Assembly (NCBI GenBank): GCA_018434325.1
Contig: JAHDPO010000007.1
Location: 266,210-330,209 of the forward strand
Length of the DNA stretch: 64,000 bases
Direction of reading: 5' to 3'
Origin: Clostridia bacterium
Lineage (GTDB): Bacteria; Bacillota; Peptococcia; DRI-13; UBA5745
The stretch's first letter is position 1. The number at the start of each line of letters is the position of its first letter. A program made the position numbers and the translations under genes. Shown in pieces: positions 57,757-64,000 of this stretch. The notes beneath the pieces are model-generated. The model was not told the origin of the DNA. It searched no databases and was given only the letters and a program-made list of their open reading frames with translations.

Positions 57757-58548
57757 ATGACAGAAGAAGTGAAGCTGCTGGATCAAGCCATTTCTAAGTA
57801 CATTCGGCCCTTGACTTATCCGGTGGCTTTCAAGTTTCTTAAGGAAGGAGAAGAGCTGCCGGCCCGCACGAAGGTTCCCACCCGTGATTTCGGATATCCT
57901 ATTGCCTTTTGTCAGGCCATGAGCCTGGCCCGCAAATACGGCTGGGCGGTAGCTCTCTATCAGCAGGACCAGGCTTGTCCCCTGGGTCAGGTGATATTGG
58001 GCTATAAAGAAGAGCCGGATTTCGTCAAAGGCGGCAACCTGGTTCATCCTTTGTATGTGGGCAGCGAAGAGGCAGGCAAGCTGACCCAATCCACCACTCC
58101 CAAAAAACCGGTACCCGACACCAGCGCCATTTTATTGGCCCCTCTGCATCTTTGCAGTTTTGAACCGGACGGCGTGGTCTGTTATGGCAATGGAGCGCAG
58201 ATTACCCGTTTCGTCCAGGGCGCGCTCTACAATACCGGCGGCTATATCGAGTCCCGCTTTGCCGGACGAGGCGCTTGCGGCGGCGAGGTAATTGTGCCCA
58301 TCGCAGAAAACCGCTGCAACGTGATCATTCCCGGCGGCGGCGAGCGGGTTTTTGCCATAACCGACGACAACGAGCTGGCTTTTGCTATGCCCGCCGGCAA
58401 ATTCAAGGATGTCATCGAAGGCCTGGAGGCCACCCATAAAGGCGGCGTAGCCCGTATTCCCACTCCTTTTGCCGGTATTGCGGCCCAGCCTAAATTCCCC
58501 GTATATTACAATGAGCTGGCTGCCTATTGTGGTTTGCAGAATGAATAG
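57757..58548 (+). CDS. DUF169-family protein (uncharacterised, COG2043)
   Basis: Start MTEEVKLLDQ with SD GAGGTGG. The conserved DUF169 core (FGYPIAFCQAMSLARKYGW..., CPLGQ) is Cys-containing and of unknown function. Confidence 0.6.
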   Translation: MTEEVKLLDQAISKYIRPLTYPVAFKFLKEGEELPARTKVPTRDFGYPIAFCQAMSLARKYGWAVALYQQDQACPLGQVILGYKEEPDFVKGGNLVHPLYVGSEEAGKLTQSTTPKKPVPDTSAILLAPLHLCSFEPDGVVCYGNGAQITRFVQGALYNTGGYIESRFAGRGACGGEVIVPIAENRCNVIIPGGGERVFAITDDNELAFAMPAGKFKDVIEGLEATHKGGVARIPTPFAGIAAQPKFPVYYNELAAYCGLQNE

Positions 58549-58739
58549 ACTTTTTGGTTGTATGCATAATCCTTCCCCCCTTTCCTGAGTTTTCTTGTTA
58601 AAATTTGCACAATTAAGTGTGAGAGTAAGGTCAATACTAAAGAATAGCTTGAAAACTTTTAAAAAGTATGATTAATTATTGTTATGACGTTAAAGATAAT
58701 ACAAGTCTGACATCTAATAATAATTAGGTAGGGGTGCAT

Positions 58740-59480
58740 ATGGATTATTATATAACCGGCAAGTTAACCAGAAGCGAAGAGATTTACAATATGATGCTGC
58801 AAAACATCATTAACGGCGTTTGGACGGTAGATGAAAAAATTCCTTCGGAAAATCAGCTGTGCAAGATATACAACACCAGCAGAGCCAGCATACGTATGGC
58901 GATTACCATGCTGCAAAGCAAGGGTTTTCTGAAAACCAGGCAGGGAATCGGCTCCTATGTCTGTATTCCTGCCGGCTATCATGAGTTTATCAAATACAGC
59001 AGCGCCAGTCCCCTGCAAATAGACGAGCAGCACCGGCTTTTTATCGAATTCCGGCAGGCCGTGGAGGGCAAGGCCTTCGAGCTTTTCGTACTGCGGGCCG
59101 AAAAAGAGGATTACGAAGAGATGCGCAATGCCGTTGAAAATATGAAGCTGCATTTTGACGACGGCGTAAAATTCAACGCAGATGACCTTAATTTTCATAA
59201 CGCAATATACAAAGGTTCAAAAAATAATTTCATTATCAATTCCATTCAGATGAACATGGCTGTAATGAGATCTTATTTTGAAAAGATCAATCTGTTCATG
59301 ACGCCGGATCAGCGTAAGGACGTAAGTCTGCGCCATGAGGCCATCTATATGGATTTATGCAACGGTAAAGTGCGCTCCTCCAAAGAGCGGTTGAATCACG
59401 AAATTGTGCAGTACTATCACAATATGCATCAATTTGCTCTGCCTGATCACAGCGAGGAGGACGAAGAAAAAGCAAAATAA
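58740..59480 (+). CDS. GntR-family transcriptional regulator, FadR subfamily (wHTH + FCD ligand-binding domain)
   Basis: PSENQLCKIYNTSRASIRMAITMLQSKGFL (GntR HTH); all-helical FCD C-domain. Confidence 0.8.
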   Translation: MDYYITGKLTRSEEIYNMMLQNIINGVWTVDEKIPSENQLCKIYNTSRASIRMAITMLQSKGFLKTRQGIGSYVCIPAGYHEFIKYSSASPLQIDEQHRLFIEFRQAVEGKAFELFVLRAEKEDYEEMRNAVENMKLHFDDGVKFNADDLNFHNAIYKGSKNNFIINSIQMNMAVMRSYFEKINLFMTPDQRKDVSLRHEAIYMDLCNGKVRSSKERLNHEIVQYYHNMHQFALPDHSEEDEEKAK

Positions 59481-59516
59481 ACAAGCCGCCTAAAGTGGCG
59501 GCGGAATGGAGCAAAT

Positions 59517-59990
59517 ATGATCCGGACAGTCCATGGTTCAGTCAAAGAGGCTGTAGCCTTTCGCTTAGGACCCGGTATGGATGTAATGAATGGGATCAAG
59601 GAAGCCTGCCAGCAGGAAGGCATCAAAAACGGCGTGGTGCTTAGCGCCATTGGCAGCCTGGACGGCGCCACCGTTTGCAATCCCATGCCGGTCAGCACAG
59701 CGAAGTTTGGTTTTGGCTACGGCAAACCCACTGAGTTTGTAGGACAGATTGAGTTGATTTCCGCCAACGGCACCATCTGCCACGGCGATAATGGCGAAGT
59801 CCTGCTGCACCTCCATTGCAGCCTCAGCGACCGCAACGGCAACGCTTACGGCGGCCATATGGTCGAGGGGATGAATAAAGTACTGATGACTACGGATGTG
59901 ATCGTCGGCGTGCTGGATAAGATTGACATGATCCGCCGCTATGATGAGGAAACCGGCGTGCCTATGTTTCATCCCGAGCCCCTGAAATAG
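59517..59990 (+). CDS. PPC/DUF296-domain protein
   Basis: 157 aa; GTICHGDNGEVLLHLHCSLSD matches the DUF296 (PCC) beta-sheet core. Confidence 0.55.
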   Translation: MIRTVHGSVKEAVAFRLGPGMDVMNGIKEACQQEGIKNGVVLSAIGSLDGATVCNPMPVSTAKFGFGYGKPTEFVGQIELISANGTICHGDNGEVLLHLHCSLSDRNGNAYGGHMVEGMNKVLMTTDVIVGVLDKIDMIRRYDEETGVPMFHPEPLK

Positions 59991-60024
59991 CTTCGGCTAG
60001 CGGGCTGAATATAAACTTCTGTGA

Positions 60025-60059
60025 CAGGGCGGACAGCTTCGGCTGCCCGCCCTGCTTTT
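60025..60059 (+). terminator. Intrinsic terminator
   Basis: CAGGGCGGACAGC-ttcg-GCTGCCCGCCCTG + CTTTTG. Confidence 0.6.
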
Positions 60060-60067
60060 GGCTGATA

Positions 60068-61555
60068 TTATTGAGGGATCGATGGCTTTTCTCCATTGTT
60101 ATTTATTGAAACGGTAAACCGGGCAAACAACTCCGGACGACTGCCGATACCAAGCTTTTTATACAGGTTCCTAATGTGATATTTCGCGGTATCAAAAGCA
60201 ATATCGAGGCTGACGGCTATCTGTTTTATGGTGAGTCCCTGCAGCAGCAAGGCGGCGATTTCCTTTTCCCGGGGCGTCAGATTCAGACTGTCAAAGCGGT
60301 CCGCCTGCTCCACCCGTTTTTGCGCTTCGGACATGGTGAGCCTGCGCAAGTCATCTGACCAATCGGCTGAAAACAAATAGCCGGAATAGGCGGGAGATAA
60401 GAGTAAAAATATGATAAATAGAATTGCCGATGAGGCCATGGCCGTCCCGTGAAGAACGGAAGGCATCGCTGCCAAAAGATCAGGCACGAGATACATCAAC
60501 ACGCTGACCGGCATAATGACGGCGGCAACCAGCTTGAACAGTCGAAAATCTCCGAACCTGTTCAAAACGCACCCCAGTAGATAGATTCCGGCAAGATATC
60601 CGATCAGTTGAAGGCCGTGGAGCGACATGGCGGCCATGCGAAGGGCGGACCCTGCCGGCGCATACATGAGAGCATAGCTGCCGACCAAGGCGATAAAAAA
60701 CAGGTTGCACATCACCCACACGCTGCATCTGAGCAGGATTTGCAGCAGAACGCACAGCAAAACGGCCGCCAGGCCGAAAGCCCCGCATAGAATCATTGCC
60801 TCCGGCTCCGCCGCACCCGGCAGGTAAATAAAGAACATATCGATAAAGTACATTGCCATAAAGAAATACAGCATAAGCCAAACGGCAGGGCCTAATCCTT
60901 TTCCCTGTCTGTTTCGTACGTGTTCGAAGTCTTTTGCCCGGTATGCAGCCAAGCTGATGACGGTGCCGGCGACCAGCAGAACCATGAAGATACGCAGCCC
61001 CGCCGGAGAGAGCAAGGGAAATCCCGCGTTGATCCTGGCCAGCGCATAAAAAAACGAGATAAGGACTATACCCCAAAACCGCTCGGTATTGTTGAGGACA
61101 AAGGCATAGGAATATCCGCCGCTTACGGCACAGCCGCCGATTCCGGCCATAAACAGCATGGCAAAGCTAAGACTTACGGCGCTGTCCGGAAGCAACAGCC
61201 AAAAAAGGAACCCCACAGACGCAATGACGGCGGATAGCCTTGAGATAGCCGACAGGTTCTTTTGGTTTGAAAAAATAAATAGAACCCCTGCACCCAGGCA
61301 ATAGGAACCAGCCGCCAGCGTAACGGCGCCAAGGCCGAACAGGCTGTAATCGCTTTTGAAGAGTACCTCTTGCATGTTGGCAAAGATCATAGCCAGAGGA
61401 AAGGCAAAGAAATACGGCAAATGACTGCGCCGGATATTTTTCAGGCGCAGCGTCTCCTGGACGTTCCATAACCGGAGGATGGCGGAAAGCAAACGGGACG
61501 GATAGCTTGCCCGTGCAGCTTCCTGCTTGTCCGCAGCAAATAGATATGTTTGCAT
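60068..61555 (-). CDS. Membrane-embedded LuxR-family one-component regulator (~10-12 TM + C-terminal LuxR HTH)
   Basis: C-terminal LTPREKEIAALLLQGLTIKQIAVSLDIAFDTAKYHIRNLYKKLGI; the preceding ~420 aa are polytopic and hydrophobic. The exact start is uncertain. Confidence 0.75.
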   Translation of the reverse strand: MQTYLFAADKQEAARASYPSRLLSAILRLWNVQETLRLKNIRRSHLPYFFAFPLAMIFANMQEVLFKSDYSLFGLGAVTLAAGSYCLGAGVLFIFSNQKNLSAISRLSAVIASVGFLFWLLLPDSAVSLSFAMLFMAGIGGCAVSGGYSYAFVLNNTERFWGIVLISFFYALARINAGFPLLSPAGLRIFMVLLVAGTVISLAAYRAKDFEHVRNRQGKGLGPAVWLMLYFFMAMYFIDMFFIYLPGAAEPEAMILCGAFGLAAVLLCVLLQILLRCSVWVMCNLFFIALVGSYALMYAPAGSALRMAAMSLHGLQLIGYLAGIYLLGCVLNRFGDFRLFKLVAAVIMPVSVLMYLVPDLLAAMPSVLHGTAMASSAILFIIFLLLSPAYSGYLFSADWSDDLRRLTMSEAQKRVEQADRFDSLNLTPREKEIAALLLQGLTIKQIAVSLDIAFDTAKYHIRNLYKKLGIGSRPELFARFTVSINNNGEKPSIPQ

Positions 61556-61605
61556 GTAATCGCCTCCGCCGATTTACAATGTTGCATATCGGAAAGGTTG
61601 GGGTT

Positions 61606-61911
61606 TCATAAAATAGTATATTCCCTTAAGGAAATAATTTCAAGACAACTCTCGTGCATAACATGTCTGAGAAAAATACCCACGACAGCCGGGTCAAATT
61701 GGGTTCCGGAATTCTTCCTGATTTCTCTTAACGCCTTTTCCTGGCTCATGCCTTTGCGATATACACGGTCGTGGGTCATGGCGTCGAAGGCGTCGGCCAC
61801 CGCAAGTATCCGGCAGGGCAAGGGGATTTCTTCACCCTTGAGCCCATAAGGAACACTTCGCCTTCCATTCCCCCTATTACGGAGCTCACATTCAGCTGCA
61901 CTGTAAAAGTT
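61606..61911 (-). pseudogene. Remnant of an HD-GYP domain gene (C-terminal ~100 aa only, no start codon)
   Basis: The frame opens right after a TGA at 61912-61914 and reads ...[48 protein letters not shown]... (degenerate GYP-GL-GEEIPL region + C-terminal helices). There is no HD catalytic part and no ATG. The upstream end overlaps the flavodoxin 3' end. Confidence 0.5.
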
Positions 61912-62446
61912 TCAGCTGCTCAAGCATGCCGCCGATGCTGGATCTGTCTGTAAAATCCACAACCTGCCCGTAGGTGGACAGCATCATTTTCTCTTCAACG
62001 TTTAAGTCTGCCGCCGCTTTCTTTCTGATGGTTCCTACCATCACGCTCATCATAATGCGATGGCTGAAACTGAGCCTCGGATAGTCAATACCGCCCCGGA
62101 AATGGAACAGCTTAATTTTCTCCCTCATCTCGGGGGTGAGCGCCTTGGACAATGAGCGGCAGATATTGGCGATATTTTCTTCATCGTGTACATCGGCAGC
62201 CCCCACAGTAAACAAATACAGGTCTTTATCCTTAATTGTAGGAAAGGCCTTCGTGATCAGGGAAAGGCCGTTTACGCCGCCGGCATAAAGGCCGCCGCCA
62301 TAAATGATCGTATCGTAATTCTGTAAAAGCTCCGCTTTTATCTTTCCTGCCTCCGCCAAATCCGCCCCTATCTCCTGAGCTATCCAACCGGCATATTTTT
62401 CCGTAAAACCATAACAGGATTTATAAACGACTATTACTTTTGCCAT
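61892..62446 (-). CDS. Flavodoxin-like fold protein
   Basis: [26 protein letters not shown] (flavodoxin phosphate-binding loop), 184 aa. Confidence 0.7.
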   Translation of the reverse strand: MAKVIVVYKSCYGFTEKYAGWIAQEIGADLAEAGKIKAELLQNYDTIIYGGGLYAGGVNGLSLITKAFPTIKDKDLYLFTVGAADVHDEENIANICRSLSKALTPEMREKIKLFHFRGGIDYPRLSFSHRIMMSVMVGTIRKKAAADLNVEEKMMLSTYGQVVDFTDRSSIGGMLEQLKLLQCS

Positions 62447-62885
62447 ATTGCCTTTTCATCCTTTCCAGATTGTCAAAAACCGCCTCTACCGTGTTTCTGG
62501 CGCTTGCCAGCAGATCATCATCAATGCCCTCAAAAAGCTGTTCCAGAAAAGCCGCCCCCCCGGCTTCAAACTCTGCGAAAAATTGAAAGGTTTTCTCCGT
62601 CAAGGCTACGGACAGGTTGCGTTTATCCTGCTCGTTTACGCTAAGGGCCACATAACCTTTGGCGGAGAGAGCCTCCAGCATTTTTCGCACATTCTGGCGG
62701 CTGCTGCCGATAAACTCCGCTATTTCCGTGACTGACGGCTGCTGTATTTCCATATTAAAAATCATGGCAAGCAGCAGCCATTGCTTCAAGCTGATCTCCT
62801 CCAAAACAGCATCACCCAGGGTCTGCAGCTTATTGGCAACGAGAAAAATGCTGCCAAAAAGGTATTCTTTAGTTGGAATGTCCAT
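62421..62885 (-). CDS. MarR-family transcriptional regulator
   Basis: wHTH PSVTEIAEFIGSSRQNVRKMLEALSAKGYV...DKRN. Confidence 0.8.
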   Translation of the reverse strand: MDIPTKEYLFGSIFLVANKLQTLGDAVLEEISLKQWLLLAMIFNMEIQQPSVTEIAEFIGSSRQNVRKMLEALSAKGYVALSVNEQDKRNLSVALTEKTFQFFAEFEAGGAAFLEQLFEGIDDDLLASARNTVEAVFDNLERMKRQYGKSNSRL

Positions 62886-62931
62886 TTGGGAATCCTCCTC
62901 ATAATAAGCAACCTATTGCCCATTATTTTAT

Positions 62932-62999
62932 GCAATAGATTGCGTTTTGTCAATAGAATTTAACCTTTGATTGCCCGACGGCATATTATGGGCTATAAT
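62932..62999. promoter_or_regulatory. Intergenic region with palindrome GCAATAGATTGC, a repeated CAATAGA half-site, and a TTGCCC-17-TATAAT promoter
   Basis: Palindrome 62932-62943. Second CAATAGA at 62951-62957. TATAAT 62994-62999 faces the downstream membrane-protein gene. Confidence 0.4.
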
Positions 63000-63044
63000 G
63001 GAAATATCAAGGTCAGCAGGTAAAATAGACGGGAGGCGTTGAGA

Positions 63045-63341
63045 ATGATCATTACTCTTAAGAATCGTATGGGAGTCTTACGGGAATGCAAGCTGGGTTT
63101 TAGCTGGACTACTTTATTTTTGGGCGTGTTTGTTCCCTTATTCAGGAAAGATTGGTCCTGGACCTTGATCATGTTCCTCGCCGCGCTGCTGACTCGCGGG
63201 CTTTCATGGCTTGTCTTCCCCTTCTTTTATAATAAGATGTATATAAAAGGGCTGCTAAAGGACGGGTTTCGGCCGGCAACCATAGATGCAAGAGATATCC
63301 TGGCCAAAGAAGGCTACGGTGAATTTGATATAGAACTTTAA
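63045..63341 (+). CDS. Small membrane protein (2 TM), hypothetical
   Basis: ATG 63045 with SD GGGAGG; FSWTTLFLGVFVPLF and WTLIMFLAALLTRGLSWLVFPFF hydrophobic segments. Confidence 0.5.
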   Translation: MIITLKNRMGVLRECKLGFSWTTLFLGVFVPLFRKDWSWTLIMFLAALLTRGLSWLVFPFFYNKMYIKGLLKDGFRPATIDARDILAKEGYGEFDIEL

Positions 63342-63370
63342 ATGTGTAAAAAAAGCTCGAAAATCTTTAT

Positions 63371-63399
63371 TTGACAAATTAGTTTTTTTCACTTATACT
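63371..63399 (+). promoter_or_regulatory. Sigma-A promoter of the cold-shock protein gene (TTGACA-17-TATACT), followed by a ~120-nt 5' UTR
   Basis: TTGACA 63371-63376, TATACT 63394-63399. Confidence 0.55.
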
Positions 63400-63521
63400 T
63401 ATGAAGTGTTCTAAATGTATTAGATTGATTGCCACGAGCTGTAAGTCAATTATCATTTTGGCTTCAGCACTTGTGGCTTTTTCTTTGCTCTAGAATAATT
63501 AAAATTTAGGAGGTATCATCA

Positions 63522-63734
63522 ATGAATAGTGGTACTGTAAAATGGTTTAATGCTGACAAGGGTTTTGGTTTCATCACCAATGATAACGGAGGAGACGACG
63601 TTTTTGTACACTTCTCCGCTATTCAAAGCAGCGGATTCCGCTCTTTAAACGAAGGTCAAAGAATCAACTTCGATATTGAGCAAGATCCTAAAGACAGCCG
63701 TAAGCTTCGGGCCGTCAATGTCAGCCTTGCTTAA
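63522..63734 (+). CDS. Cold-shock protein (CspA family, S1-like OB fold)
   Basis: [15 protein letters not shown] (RNP1), VFVHFSAI (RNP2); 70 aa. Confidence 0.9.
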   Translation: MNSGTVKWFNADKGFGFITNDNGGDDVFVHFSAIQSSGFRSLNEGQRINFDIEQDPKDSRKLRAVNVSLA

Positions 63735-63744
63735 GCAATCAAAA

Positions 63745-63772
63745 GCGCCGTCTCCTCGGAGGCGGCTTTTTT
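63745..63772 (+). terminator. Intrinsic terminator of csp
   Basis: GCCGTCTCC-tcg-GGAGGCGGC + T6. Confidence 0.7.
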
Positions 63773-63800
63773 ATTGCCTTTTTTATTGTTTTCTCATTGC

Positions 63801-64000
63801 TTATTCGGTGGATTGCATTGGCTTGCCGCGGCTTTCAAGGGCGCCGCTGCTGCGAAAAGAAGTAGGACTGGCGCCGAATTCCCGGTCAAAGCAGCGGCTG
63901 AACGTGCGCACGGAGTTAAAGCCCACGGCAGCGGCGATATCGTAGGCAGGCATGTCGGTTCCCAAAAGCAGCCCGGCGGCAACCCACAGGCGGAAAAAGA
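63801..64000 (-). CDS. AraC/XylS-family regulator, C-terminal HTH portion (N-terminus beyond window end)
   Basis: Minus-strand frame ...MPAYDIAAAVGFNSVRTFSRCFDREFGASPTSFRSSGALESRGKPMQSTE*, stop comp. 63801-63803. Not in the ORF track because it is truncated. Confidence 0.65.
   Translation of the reverse strand, partial: FFRLWVAAGLLLGTDMPAYDIAAAVGFNSVRTFSRCFDREFGASPTSFRSSGALESRGKPMQSTE

Overview
This 64 kb window looks like a chromosomal segment from a moderately GC-rich (~55%), endospore-forming Firmicute (Clostridia/Negativicutes-like). Supporting signs: a CIRCE/HrcA operator on htpG, the spore protein Tlp, CsoR, a BusR-like regulator, and OpuA/OpuC-type osmoprotectant transporters. Gene density is high and there are no rRNA or tRNA genes, CRISPR arrays or transposases.

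Content in order:
- htpG (truncated at the window edge) with a CIRCE element.
- An OmpR/HK two-component pair whose kinase carries a ~125-aa Ala/Glu/Gly-rich insertion in the ATPase domain.
- CorC/TlyC, a DmpA-type peptidase, an RluA-family pseudouridine synthase, a PatB/MalY C-S lyase, glpK, a ComFB-like protein.
- A tandem glycine riboswitch controlling a Na+:alanine/glycine symporter.
- A metal-homeostasis stretch: an HMA chaperone plus CadA/ZntA-type P1B ATPase behind two CzrA/CadC-like operators; an ArsR/SmtB sensor; csoR; a copA with an in-frame fused copZ-like module; and a Mn riboswitch driving mntP.
- Two glycine-betaine-type ABC systems whose ATPases carry CBS domains. One of them is divergent from a BusR-like (GntR + RCK_C) regulator.
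- A glycosyltransferase / deacetylase / flippase-like glycolipid operon.
- A three-gene membrane module: an SPFH/Band7-like protein with a double zinc ribbon plus two membrane proteins, YdjI/H/G-like.
- c-di-GMP enzymes: one HD-GYP and two GGDEF proteins.
- tlp plus a small basic ORF.
- A complete eight-gene shikimate/phenylalanine operon (aroB-aroA-aroC-DAHPS-pheA-aroK-aroQ-aroE). It is preceded by a promoter, a 38-codon Phe/Tyr-rich leader ORF and an intrinsic terminator. I read this as a ribosome-mediated Phe attenuator, and I think it is the most notable regulatory feature here.
- rsgA, a GNAT, and a ten-gene TRAP-transporter / HIBADH-like reductase / Lpd-E1alpha-E1beta-E2 catabolic operon with a divergent DUF169 gene and a GntR(FCD) regulator that has candidate TGTnnTACAAG operators.
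- A polytopic membrane-embedded LuxR-type regulator, an HD-GYP gene remnant, a flavodoxin, marR, a cold-shock protein, and a truncated AraC-family gene.

Two copies of a ~85-137 bp MITE-like element with 12-bp terminal inverted repeats were also found. Coordinates for features I called by hand were recomputed from the printed sequence. Functional calls rest on recognisable motifs only; no database searches were possible.
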